From Pseudomonadota bacterium (lineage in GTDB: Bacteria; Pseudomonadota; Gammaproteobacteria; Acidiferrobacterales; Acidiferrobacteraceae): a DNA stretch of 64,000 bases. The stretch covers positions 1,977-65,976 of the forward strand of contig JAJYQN010000117.1 of the NCBI GenBank assembly GCA_021794595.1. The letters run 5' to 3'. The position numbers were made by a program, and so were the translations under genes. Below, in pieces: positions 55,746 to 64,000 of the stretch (position 1 is the stretch's first letter; every line of letters starts with the position of its first letter). The notes beneath the pieces are model-generated. The model saw nothing but the letters and a program-made list of their open reading frames with translations. It was not told where the DNA came from and did no database searches.

Positions 55746-55921
55746 CGCGCAGGGCCTCGCGGCGCATTTCGGGCGATCTTATGAGAAGGGCAGGCCCCGG
55801 GTCGGGCGTATCCGAGGGCGATCCGCCTTTTGCCAAGGGATCGCGCGTGGCGCCTGGTTCGCCCGGGTGAGCGCAAGGCCCTAGTCGCGCGTCCTGCGAT
55901 CGCGTTTCCGGGGCCTTCTGC

Positions 55922-55950
55922 CTTGAAACTCCGGCCTTTCTCCCCCATCT
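55922..55950 (+). promoter_or_regulatory. sigma-32 (heat-shock) promoter of clpB
   Basis: CTTGAAA (55922-28), a 14-nt spacer, then CCCCATCT (55943-50), 31 nt upstream of the clpB ATG. This matches the RpoH consensus CTTGAAA-N13-15-CCCCATNT. Confidence 0.72.
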
Positions 55951-55981
55951 GTGAGGGCATCTGACGAAGTAGGTAGCCCTC

Positions 55982-58588
55982 ATGCGCATGGACAAACTCA
56001 CCAATCGGTTCCAACAGGCGTTGGCCGATGCCCAATCTCTGGCCATTGGTAGGGATAACCAATTCATCGAGCCTATCCATTTGCTCGCCGCCCTGCTTGA
56101 TCAAGAAGGGGGAGGGGTGCGGCCCTTGCTCGAAAAGGCGGACGTGGCCGTCGACGCCTTACGCACTCAGCTCAATCAGGCGCTCGATCGCTTGCCGAAA
56201 GTCGAGGGATCGGAGGGCGAGGTCCATATCGGGAACGACCTGTCCCGACTCTTGAACCTGACCGATAAGTATGCCCAAAAGCGTGGCGACCAATATATCG
56301 CGAGCGAGCTCTTTTTGTTGGCGGCTATCGAGGACAAGGGCGATCTCGGTCGCCTCCTCCGTGAGGCCGGCGCATCGCGGGCTGGACTCGAGAAGGTCGT
56401 GGACGAATGGCGCGGGGGGCGCAAGGTGGATGACCAAAACGCCGAGCAGCAACGTGGTGCGCTCGACCGCTACACGATCGATTTAACCGAGCGGGCGGCG
56501 CAAGGGAAGCTTGATCCGGTCATTGGCCGCGACGACGAGATTCGCCGCGCGATCCAGGTCTTACAGCGCCGAACCAAGAATAATCCGGTGTTGATTGGGG
56601 AGCCCGGCGTTGGCAAGACCGCCATTGTCGAGGGCCTGGCGCAGCGCATCGTGAACGGCGAGGTGCCCGAAGGGCTCCGTGGGCGTCGTCTGTTGGCGCT
56701 GGATCTCGGGGCCTTGATCGCCGGGGCGAAGTTCCGAGGCGAGTTTGAGGAGCGCCTGAAGGCGGTCTTGACCGATCTTGGGAAGCAAGAGGGTCGGGTC
56801 ATCCTCTTCATTGACGAATTGCATACGATGGTTGGGGCCGGAAAGGCCGAAGGCGCTATGGATGCTGGCAATATGCTCAAACCGGCGCTCGCGCGCGGCG
56901 AACTCCATGCCATAGGTGCCACGACCCTTAACGAATACCGGCAGTACATTGAAAAGGATGCAGCACTAGAGCGTCGGTTTCAAAAGGTGTTGGTCGATGA
57001 GCCGACCGTCGAGGATACGATCGCGATCCTGCGCGGCCTCAAGGAAAAGTACGAGGTCCACCATGGGGTAAACATCCTGGACCCGGCCTTGGTGGCGGCG
57101 GCCACCTTGTCGTATCGCTACATAACGGATCGCCAACTGCCGGACAAGGCCATAGATCTTGTGGACGAAGCCGCTGCTCGGATTCGTATGGAGATCGATT
57201 CCCGTCCGGAATCGATGGATCGTCTCGATCGTCGTTTGATTCAGTTGAAGATCGAGCGGGTCGCCTTACGTAAAGAGACTGACGAGGCCTCGCGTAAGAG
57301 GCTTGCGGCCTTGGAGGAGGAGATCAGTAAGCTCGAACGGGAATACGGGGAGTTAGAGGAGATCTGGCGGACGGAGAAGGCCGATCTTCAAGGCGAGCAG
57401 CACATCAAGGAGGAACTGGATCGCGCCCGAGTCGAGATCGAGACGGCACGCAGGGCCGGGGACCTGGGCCGGATGTCGGAGTTGCAGTACGGGCGGATAC
57501 CGGAACTCGAAAAACAGTTGGCATCGCGCGCGCGGCCCGTAGCCCCGAAACTGTTGCGTAAAGAGGTGGGCGAAGAGGAAGTCGCCGAGGTAGTATCGCG
57601 TGCCACCGGGATCCCGGTCTCGCGCATGATGGAAGGCGAACGCCAGAAGCTCTTACGTATGGAAGAAGAGCTGCATCGCCGGGTCGTAGGCCAACAGGAG
57701 GCAGTCCAGGCGGTGGCCAACGCGATTCGGCGTTCGCGCGCCGGTCTCTCCGATCCGCATCGCCCAAACGGCTCATTTCTCTTTCTTGGGCCAACGGGCG
57801 TTGGCAAGACCGAGTTGTGCCGGACGCTCGCCTCGTTTCTGTTCGATGCGGATGACGCCATGGTTCGGATCGACATGTCCGAGTTTATGGAGCGGCATTC
57901 GGTGGCTCGTCTGATCGGCGCGCCCCCCGGTTATGTCGGCTACGAACAAGGCGGTTACCTGACGGAGGCCGTGCGCCGGCGGCCCTATTCGGTCATTTTG
58001 TTAGACGAGATCGAAAAGGCGCACTCGGATGTGTTCAATGTCCTTTTGCAGGTTTTAGACGAAGGACGGCTTACCGATGGCCAAGGCCGGACCGTGGATT
58101 TTCGCAATACCATCATCGTGATGACGTCCAATCTGGGTTCGCAGGTCATCCAGGAGCTCGCGGGCGAGGATAATTACCAGCGCATGAAGCGCGAGGTCAT
58201 GGACATCGTCGGTCAGCACTTCCGGCCGGAGTTCATCAATCGTGTGGACGACGTCGTGGTGTTCCATCCCTTGGGACGAGACGATTTGAAGCGGATTACC
58301 CGCATTCAGCTGGGTTATTTGGTCGAGCGTCTGAAGGCGCGGGATCTTCGGTTGGATGTGACCGAGCCGGCGATAGAGAGATTAGCGCAGGCCGGTTTCG
58401 ATCCGGTCTACGGGGCGCGACCCTTAAAACGCGCCGTGCAGCAGTATTTAGAGAACCCGCTTGCCGAGGAGATATTGAAGGGGCAGTTCGCCCCGGGTGA
58501 TGGCATCGAGGTTGGGGTGAAGGACGACCGATTCACCTTTTCAGCTCGGCCCGGGGGAGGGGGTGACCGGAGCGTGCGGACGGCTTAA
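55982..58588 (+). CDS. clpB: ATP-dependent chaperone ClpB
   Basis: [39 protein letters not shown] closely resembles the E. coli ClpB N-terminus. Two AAA+ modules and a long middle coiled-coil. 868 aa. Confidence 0.96.
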   Translation: MRMDKLTNRFQQALADAQSLAIGRDNQFIEPIHLLAALLDQEGGGVRPLLEKADVAVDALRTQLNQALDRLPKVEGSEGEVHIGNDLSRLLNLTDKYAQKRGDQYIASELFLLAAIEDKGDLGRLLREAGASRAGLEKVVDEWRGGRKVDDQNAEQQRGALDRYTIDLTERAAQGKLDPVIGRDDEIRRAIQVLQRRTKNNPVLIGEPGVGKTAIVEGLAQRIVNGEVPEGLRGRRLLALDLGALIAGAKFRGEFEERLKAVLTDLGKQEGRVILFIDELHTMVGAGKAEGAMDAGNMLKPALARGELHAIGATTLNEYRQYIEKDAALERRFQKVLVDEPTVEDTIAILRGLKEKYEVHHGVNILDPALVAAATLSYRYITDRQLPDKAIDLVDEAAARIRMEIDSRPESMDRLDRRLIQLKIERVALRKETDEASRKRLAALEEEISKLEREYGELEEIWRTEKADLQGEQHIKEELDRARVEIETARRAGDLGRMSELQYGRIPELEKQLASRARPVAPKLLRKEVGEEEVAEVVSRATGIPVSRMMEGERQKLLRMEEELHRRVVGQQEAVQAVANAIRRSRAGLSDPHRPNGSFLFLGPTGVGKTELCRTLASFLFDADDAMVRIDMSEFMERHSVARLIGAPPGYVGYEQGGYLTEAVRRRPYSVILLDEIEKAHSDVFNVLLQVLDEGRLTDGQGRTVDFRNTIIVMTSNLGSQVIQELAGEDNYQRMKREVMDIVGQHFRPEFINRVDDVVVFHPLGRDDLKRITRIQLGYLVERLKARDLRLDVTEPAIERLAQAGFDPVYGARPLKRAVQQYLENPLAEEILKGQFAPGDGIEVGVKDDRFTFSARPGGGGDRSVRTA

Positions 58589-58989
58589 GCCCCGGGACAG
58601 TCCTTGGGGACGGGGCGCGGTTTACGGTCCTGGCCCATGGCGACATAGGTTAAGGTCGCCTGGGTGACGCGGACGCATTCAGCGCGGCAGGCGTCCCGGA
58701 AGCGTTCGGCGTATACAGCGACCTCGACTGTAAGCGAGGTGGTCCCGACGCGGGTCACCTCGGCGTAGAGGCTGACCAAGTCACCTACGAACACCGGCTG
58801 ATGGAATTGGACCGCGTTGACCGCCACCGTGATCACGCGTCCTTTCGCGCGACGATGCGCAGCTACGCTACCGGCAATGTCGATTTGGGAGAGGATCCAG
58901 CCCCCGAAGATATCTCCGGCGACGTTTGTATCGGCTGGCATGGGTACGACGCGAATCGTGGGTGCGCCCGCAGGAAGGGGGTCTGACAT
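58585..58989 (-). CDS. acyl-CoA thioesterase (YciA-like hotdog fold)
   Basis: [26 protein letters not shown]...[18 protein letters not shown]. Start trimmed to ATG 58989 with AGGAGA upstream, giving 134 aa. Confidence 0.85.
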   Translation of the reverse strand: MSDPLPAGAPTIRVVPMPADTNVAGDIFGGWILSQIDIAGSVAAHRRAKGRVITVAVNAVQFHQPVFVGDLVSLYAEVTRVGTTSLTVEVAVYAERFRDACRAECVRVTQATLTYVAMGQDRKPRPVPKDCPGA

Positions 58990-59103
58990 AGGCTCTCCTG
59001 GTGTAGCCGGTATATTATCAGTAAGCTTATATCTCGGGCTATCGAGGGCCGCATATTTTAGAGGTGCCGCGTGGGCGCGGGACTTAAGGCCAGTGGGAAC
59101 GTA

Positions 59104-59406
59104 ATGTATATACCAACAAATAAAGATGAGTTTCTCGATCTGCCAGACCAGGCCATATTCGAGACACGGGACATGCTGAGTGCCATTGAAAGCGAGGGTG
59201 AGGAATGCGAGCTCGGGGACCATGTCGGGGTTTTTGAGGCCCTGGAGACTGTCCTTGTCGGTCTGCATGCGGATATGCGCGATAACCGCTACGCCTTCGA
59301 TGGACAGCCCCTTCCCGACAGGGATTTGCTGACGCGTTTTCGGTCGCAGATTTCTTCTGCGGACGTTTTGGAGACCTTGAATAAGGTCCAAAGGAACGGG
59401 TTCTAG
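59104..59406 (+). CDS. hypothetical acidic protein (100 aa) immediately upstream of aroC
   Basis: The ORF ends at TAG 59404-06 and the aroC GTG is at 59408. It begins [15 protein letters not shown]... I recognise no family and the SD is weak. Confidence 0.45.
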   Translation: MYIPTNKDEFLDLPDQAIFETRDMLSAIESEGEECELGDHVGVFEALETVLVGLHADMRDNRYAFDGQPLPDRDLLTRFRSQISSADVLETLNKVQRNGF

Positions 59407-59407
59407 C

Positions 59408-60508
59408 GTGAGCGGAAACACGTTTGGGCGGCTCTTTTCGGTGACAAGCTTTGGCGAGAGTCATGGCCCGGCCATCGGTTGTGTGGTCGACGGCTGTCCG
59501 CCCGGCTTACCGCTGACGGAGGCCGATATTCAGCCCGATCTCGACCGCCGTAAACCCGGCACCTCTCGTCATACGACCCAGCGCCGTGAAGAGGATAAGG
59601 TGCGCATCCTCTCGGGGGTCTTCGAGGGGGTGACGACTGGGGCACCGATCGGCCTCTTGATCGAGAATACCGACGCTCGGTCCCAAGATTACAGCAAGAT
59701 TGCCGAGACGTTCCGGCCGGGCCATGCTGACTACACCTACGAACAAAAGTACGGGGTGCGTGACTATCGCGGAGGAGGGCGGTCCTCGGCCCGCGAGACC
59801 GCGACCCGAGTGGCGGCAGGCAGCATTGCGCGCCGCTATCTGTCTCACCGGCTGGGTATCGTGGTTCAAGGCTACCTGGCCCAGCTCGGGCCCTATAAGG
59901 CGGCGCAGATCGACTGGACGGCCATTCACAAGAACGCCTTCTTTTGCCCGGATCCAGCGCTGGTTCCCGAGCTCGAGGCCTATATGGATGCGTTGCGGCG
60001 CTCGGGGGACTCGATCGGCGCACTGATCGCCGTGGTTGCGCGCCATGTGCCCCCGGGGCTTGGTGAACCGGTGTTCGACCGGCTTGATGCCGATATTGCC
60101 CATGCCATGATGAGCATCAATGCCGTAAAGGGTGTCGAGATCGGTGATGGATTCGAGAGCGTGACAGCGCGCGGATCCGAGCATCGGGATGAGATCACAC
60201 CGGAAGGGTTCTTAAGTAACCATGCTGGCGGGATATTGGGCGGCATCTCGTCGGGCCAGGATATCCTGGTGCGTATTGCCTTGAAGCCCACGGCCAGCAT
60301 TCGTCTGCCGGGGCGCACGATTGATCGCAGCGGGGCGCCCGCCGAGGTCGTGACCACGGGGCGCCATGATCCGTGCGTGGGACTACGCGCTACCCCGATC
60401 GCCGAGGCCATGCTGTGCCTTGTGCTCATGGATCACTTTTTGCGACATAGGGGACAAAACGCCGATGTCCAAAGTGCGACACCGCGGGTTCCCGGGCACA
60501 AGCCCTAG
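59408..60508 (+). CDS. aroC: chorismate synthase
   Basis: [25 protein letters not shown] and GRHDPCV signatures are present. Confidence 0.95.
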   Translation: MSGNTFGRLFSVTSFGESHGPAIGCVVDGCPPGLPLTEADIQPDLDRRKPGTSRHTTQRREEDKVRILSGVFEGVTTGAPIGLLIENTDARSQDYSKIAETFRPGHADYTYEQKYGVRDYRGGGRSSARETATRVAAGSIARRYLSHRLGIVVQGYLAQLGPYKAAQIDWTAIHKNAFFCPDPALVPELEAYMDALRRSGDSIGALIAVVARHVPPGLGEPVFDRLDADIAHAMMSINAVKGVEIGDGFESVTARGSEHRDEITPEGFLSNHAGGILGGISSGQDILVRIALKPTASIRLPGRTIDRSGAPAEVVTTGRHDPCVGLRATPIAEAMLCLVLMDHFLRHRGQNADVQSATPRVPGHKP

Positions 60509-61047
60509 CGTCTGCTGCGCCAGTAAACGACGGCGACCAGGCTGAGCAGCGAACACACCGCGATGATCTTAAAAATCAGGGTGTGGGCGAGCAGCCAAGC
60601 GAGGATCCCGGCCAAGGCGCTAGCGAAAGTGGTGAGAATAAGGACCCATAAAGCGGCCCCAATGGCATTGAAGAGCACGAAGGTCCGGATCGGGACCCCG
60701 GACATCCCGATCGCTATCGGTCCTACGGCGCGTAGGCCGTAGAGAAAGCGGACGACGATGATGAGCGGGGCTCTAAAACGAAATAAGAGGGCCTTCGCGC
60801 GCTCGGCGGGAGGGACAAGACGAGGAAACTTAAGTAAGATGACGTCCCCGTATTGCCGTCCCAGAAAGAATAACAATTGATCGCCCAAGAACCCGCCCAG
60901 AAAGCCCGCCGCGAGCACGCCCGGTGCCGAGAGATAGCCTTTGCCGACGGCGAGTGTACCCAATACGAGCGCTGTCTCGCCTTCGATCAGGCTTCCGAAG
61001 AATACGGCCAAGTAGCCGTAGCGCCCGACAACATCCGATAGATTCAT
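60505..61047 (-). CDS. DedA family membrane protein
   Basis: [20 protein letters not shown] and [13 protein letters not shown] are DedA/SNARE-associated motifs. Confidence 0.88.
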   Translation of the reverse strand: MNLSDVVGRYGYLAVFFGSLIEGETALVLGTLAVGKGYLSAPGVLAAGFLGGFLGDQLLFFLGRQYGDVILLKFPRLVPPAERAKALLFRFRAPLIIVVRFLYGLRAVGPIAIGMSGVPIRTFVLFNAIGAALWVLILTTFASALAGILAWLLAHTLIFKIIAVCSLLSLVAVVYWRSRR

Positions 61048-61065
61048 GCGTTCAAAAGCCCTTTC

Positions 61066-62226
61066 ATGTCTCAGCGGCTAGCGCCCATTGATTGGCCGCG
61101 GTCGGCCTTCTATTGGTTCTATTTCAGTGCGCTTGGCGCACTGGTTCCGTACTGGCCGCTGTACCTTAAGGCCCGCGGGTTTGGCCCCCGCGCCCTCGGC
61201 GACCTGATGGCGCTTTTGGCGCTGTCGCGGGTCATCGCGCCTTATGCCGGGGGTTTCTTGAGCGACCACTTCGGGCATCGGGTCGCGGTCGTTCGGGCCG
61301 CGGCGTTCTTGGCTCTTGCCGTGTTTCTTTTCGCCCCGGTGGCCCACAGCTTTCTCGAAGTGGGGGCGTTGATGTTCGGTTTTAGCTTCTTTTGGTATGC
61401 GACATTGCCGCCCTTGGAGGCGAGCACGCTCGCCTTTCATGGCGACCGCTACGGTCGGGTTCGGCTCTGGGGCTCGGTTGGGTTTATCGTCGTCGTCATG
61501 GGCCTCGGCCCCTTGTTGGACCGGTATGGCGCCCGCATCATCGTCCCCATTATCGCCCTGCTTTTGGGCGGTCTCTGGCTTTCGACCTTGCGACTGCCCG
61601 CGCTTACCCCCCGGATCGGCGAGACCTCCGTGCTCACTGTCAAGGCGGGTCTTGCCCCGTTTCTCCTCGCCTGTTTTCTTATGCAAGTGAGCTACGGGCC
61701 ATACTATACCTTTTATTCCTTGTACTTGGCCCACTACGGATACAGTAAGGCCGCGATCGGCGGCTTTTGGGGGCTTGGGGTCATTTGTGAGGTGCTGGTT
61801 TTTTGGCAAGCCGGACGTCTGTTCGCGCGGTTCGCCGAGCGCCCGCTCTTTGCGCTGACCTTTGCGTTGGCCATTGTGCGTTGGGCGCTGATAGCGCTTT
61901 TCCCGAAGACGGGGGCGTGCCTGATCTTCGCCCAGACGCTCCATGCCTTTACGTTCGGCCTCTACCACGCGGTAGCCATTCGTCTCGTGGGGCGCTATGT
62001 GGGCCCCGGCGCCAAAGGCCGGGCTCAGGCGTTCTACGGAAGTGCGGCCGGCGCCGGGGCGGCGGTCGGCGCCGCTCTTAGTGGCTATCTATGGTCCGGA
62101 TTCGGCGGGCGCGTCATGTTTCTTTGGGCCGCCGTGGTGGCGACTGTCGCCTTCGGTATCGTAGCGCTCTTGTTGCCGCGATCTACGGACGGTTCAATGG
62201 GCTGCCCGGCGGCGGATCGGAAATAG
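61066..62226 (+). CDS. MFS transporter (MFS_1_like / PPP-type family)
   Basis: 386 aa with about 12 TM segments. The N-terminus FYWFYFSALGALVPYWPLYLKARGF resembles the HcaT/YegT-like group. Confidence 0.83.
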   Translation: MSQRLAPIDWPRSAFYWFYFSALGALVPYWPLYLKARGFGPRALGDLMALLALSRVIAPYAGGFLSDHFGHRVAVVRAAAFLALAVFLFAPVAHSFLEVGALMFGFSFFWYATLPPLEASTLAFHGDRYGRVRLWGSVGFIVVVMGLGPLLDRYGARIIVPIIALLLGGLWLSTLRLPALTPRIGETSVLTVKAGLAPFLLACFLMQVSYGPYYTFYSLYLAHYGYSKAAIGGFWGLGVICEVLVFWQAGRLFARFAERPLFALTFALAIVRWALIALFPKTGACLIFAQTLHAFTFGLYHAVAIRLVGRYVGPGAKGRAQAFYGSAAGAGAAVGAALSGYLWSGFGGRVMFLWAAVVATVAFGIVALLLPRSTDGSMGCPAADRK

Positions 62227-62592
62227 CAGGACCTGCCCCGGTTTGGTATCGGGCCTGACCCGCCTCGGCGGCGGTTGCTGCCCGAACAGCGCCTGGACTG
62301 TCGCGACGAGGCTCTCCAGAAACCGATAGGTGTCGATGTCCGTATGGTCGGCACGGAGCACTGCGGCCTGAATAGGGCCTATGGCGCGTAATGTGGGCTC
62401 GACCGTCACCCGGTCTTTGAGGTGGTGGCAACGGTTTTCGGCATAAATGGCGCGCGCGAGCGTCAACACCAGTTCATGGTGAAGCCCGCAACCTTCGAAG
62501 AGCTCGTGGACGCTTGCGGCCCGCGCGCGTAGGGGCCAATGGATGCGTCCCATGCGTTCCTCTAAGGTCTGTAGCAGCTGTAGGAAGGTCAT
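62194..62592 (-). CDS. hypothetical protein (132 aa)
   Basis: It is the only sizeable ORF in the MFS-leuC gap. Its 3' end overlaps the MFS 3' end by 33 nt. The SD is weak and I recognise no family. Confidence 0.35.
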   Translation of the reverse strand: MTFLQLLQTLEERMGRIHWPLRARAASVHELFEGCGLHHELVLTLARAIYAENRCHHLKDRVTVEPTLRAIGPIQAAVLRADHTDIDTYRFLESLVATVQALFGQQPPPRRVRPDTKPGQVLLFPIRRRAAH

Positions 62593-62797
62593 CTCAATAG
62601 TGTCCCATCACGTAATGGATAGACGCGTCCGCCAAGCCAATGGGCCGAAAGGTCCCTGAAGACGGACTTATTGTCCGACAGGCGCGGCCTCCTTGTCGAG
62701 GTGCAGGAGGTCTCTATTCACGTTGTTTTCGCGGAAAATGTTGGCATCTGCGGGGACCTTGGGTACCATGGGCGCCTACTTGGGGTAGGCCGCATTC

Positions 62798-64000
62798 ATG
62801 GGAAAGACACTTTACGACAAGTTATGGGAGAGTCATGTGGTCCGGGAGTTGCCGGACGGAACTTGCCTCCTTTATATCGATCGCCAGCTGGTGCACGAGG
62901 TGACGAGTCCGCAGGCGTTTGCTGGTTTGCGGGCCCATAATCGGCCGCTGTGGCGGGCCACCGCCAATTTGGCGGTGGCCGATCATAATGTGCCCACCAC
63001 CGAACGGGCCCGGGGCATAATCGATCCCACGTCCCGCGTGCAGGTCGAGACCTTGGAGCGGAATTGCCAGGATTTTTCGATGCCGCTTTTTGCCATGAAC
63101 GATCCGCGTCAAGGGATCGTCCATGTCGTCGGGCCGGAGCAGGGCGCGACTTTGCCCGGGATGACGATCGTCTGCGGTGATTCGCATACCTCGACGATTG
63201 GCGCCTTTGGGGCGCTCGCTCATGGGATCGGGACATCGGAGGTGGAGCAGGTGATGGCCACCCAATGCCTTTTACAAAAGAAGGCCGGTGCGATGCGTGT
63301 GCGTCTTGAGGGGACGATTCCGAACCAGGTGACCGCGAAAGACTTAGCGCTCGCCGTTATCGGGCGTGTCGGGACGGCGGGCGGCACCGGCCATGCCATC
63401 GAGTTTGCCGGGTCGGCTGTCAGTTCGTTGACGATGGAGGGTCGCATGACCCTCTGTAATATGGCGATCGAGGCCGGGGCGCGGGCCGGTCTGGTGGCGG
63501 TCGATGATACGACGATCAAGTACTTGGCCGGGCGGCCTTTCGCGCCCACGGGCAAGCTGTGGGACCAGGCAGTTCAGGCTTGGCGGACCTTGCACAGCGA
63601 CCCGGACGCGCGGTTCTCGAAAGAGGTGCTCATCGATGTCGGTTCCTTGGCTCCGCAGGTGACCTACGGAACGTCTCCGGAGATGGTGATGTCGGTTGAG
63701 GGCTGTGTGCCCGATCCACGTCAGGAGACCGATCCGGCGCGCCGTGAGGCCCTGGCTGCGGCCTTGCGTTATATGGATCTGGCTCCCGGTACCGCTATGA
63801 CCGACATCGCGATCGATGTCGTCTTTATCGGATCCTGCACCAACGCGCGGCTCGAGGATTTGCGGGCGGCGGCCGGGATGGTGCGTGGCAAAAAGGTGGC
63901 CGCGCACGTCCATAGGGCGCTAGTCGTGCCAGGCTCGGGCCTGGTTAAGCAAGCCGCCGAGGCCGAGGGTCTCGACCGGGTTTTTCGAGAGGCCGGGTTC
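62798..64000 (+). CDS. leuC: 3-isopropylmalate dehydratase large subunit (3' end beyond the window)
   Basis: Not in the track because no stop is reached. Hand translation from ATG 62798 gives [15 protein letters not shown]...[16 protein letters not shown]...[17 protein letters not shown]...[13 protein letters not shown]. Confidence 0.93.
   Translation, partial: MGKTLYDKLWESHVVRELPDGTCLLYIDRQLVHEVTSPQAFAGLRAHNRPLWRATANLAVADHNVPTTERARGIIDPTSRVQVETLERNCQDFSMPLFAMNDPRQGIVHVVGPEQGATLPGMTIVCGDSHTSTIGAFGALAHGIGTSEVEQVMATQCLLQKKAGAMRVRLEGTIPNQVTAKDLALAVIGRVGTAGGTGHAIEFAGSAVSSLTMEGRMTLCNMAIEAGARAGLVAVDDTTIKYLAGRPFAPTGKLWDQAVQAWRTLHSDPDARFSKEVLIDVGSLAPQVTYGTSPEMVMSVEGCVPDPRQETDPARREALAAALRYMDLAPGTAMTDIAIDVVFIGSCTNARLEDLRAAAGMVRGKKVAAHVHRALVVPGSGLVKQAAEAEGLDRVFREAGF

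Noticed and set aside
58990-59421. Upstream extension of the thioesterase ORF (278-aa version)
   Set aside because: There is no hotdog-fold similarity. It is antisense to the 59104..59406 ORF. A strong AGGAGA SD precedes the internal ATG 58989.
1-64000. CRISPR arrays, tRNA, rRNA or tmRNA genes, and integrase genes flanking the islands
   Set aside because: I scanned the intergenic regions by eye: 8.05-8.75, 21.85-22.35, 25.54-25.93, 29.79-30.28, 43.73-44.34, 48.93-49.74, 55.75-55.98 and 62.6-62.8 kb. I found no regularly spaced repeats, cloverleaf-like sequences or recombinase motifs. A computational scan with tRNAscan or Infernal would be needed to exclude small RNAs.

Overview
This is a high-GC proteobacterial chromosomal segment, most likely gammaproteobacterial. 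That placement is inferred from gene order: purB/mnmA/nudJ-like/rluE/icd, cspD/clpS-clpA/infA/bpt-aat and bamD/rluD-pgeF...clpB reproduce neighbourhoods I remember from E. coli and Pseudomonas. About 60 protein-coding genes are supportable. I saw no rRNA, tRNA or CRISPR array. Many long ORFs in the track are antisense shadow ORFs typical of high-GC DNA, or 5' over-extensions, and I trimmed or rejected them.

The conserved backbone is interrupted several times:
(i) A decayed uracil-DNA-glycosylase-superfamily pseudogene (12130-12722) occupies the slot where hflD is expected.
(ii) A czcCBA-type RND efflux operon (16313-21851) sits between icd and cspD.
(iii) An IS-scarred insertion (about 25.6-30.8 kb) separates infA from bpt-aat. 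It holds an IS630 copy nested inside an IS200-type tnpA remnant, an OmpA-like protein, an Ig-like/DUF3494 (ice-binding fold) lipoprotein and an AT-rich tract.
(iv) A roughly 12 kb island that looks lower in GC (about 43.8-55.9 kb) separates pgeF/nadC from clpB. It carries regulators and detoxification-type genes plus an IS110 remnant, and leaves a textbook sigma-32 promoter in front of clpB intact.

The best candidate for an undescribed system is the last operon of that island (52910-55745). It pairs a 472-aa protein of no family I can recognise, which has a C-terminal membrane anchor, with a translationally coupled, divergent MIO-type (HAL/PAL-like) lyase carrying Ser-Ser-Gly instead of Ala-Ser-Gly.

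Other points worth follow-up are a FemAB-like/orf70/aat/bpt overlapping operon, a hairpin-less membrane-fusion protein next to an orphan TolC, and an overlapping EEP + PLD-VTT pair.

All calls come from reading translations and motifs by eye. No database search or computation was run.
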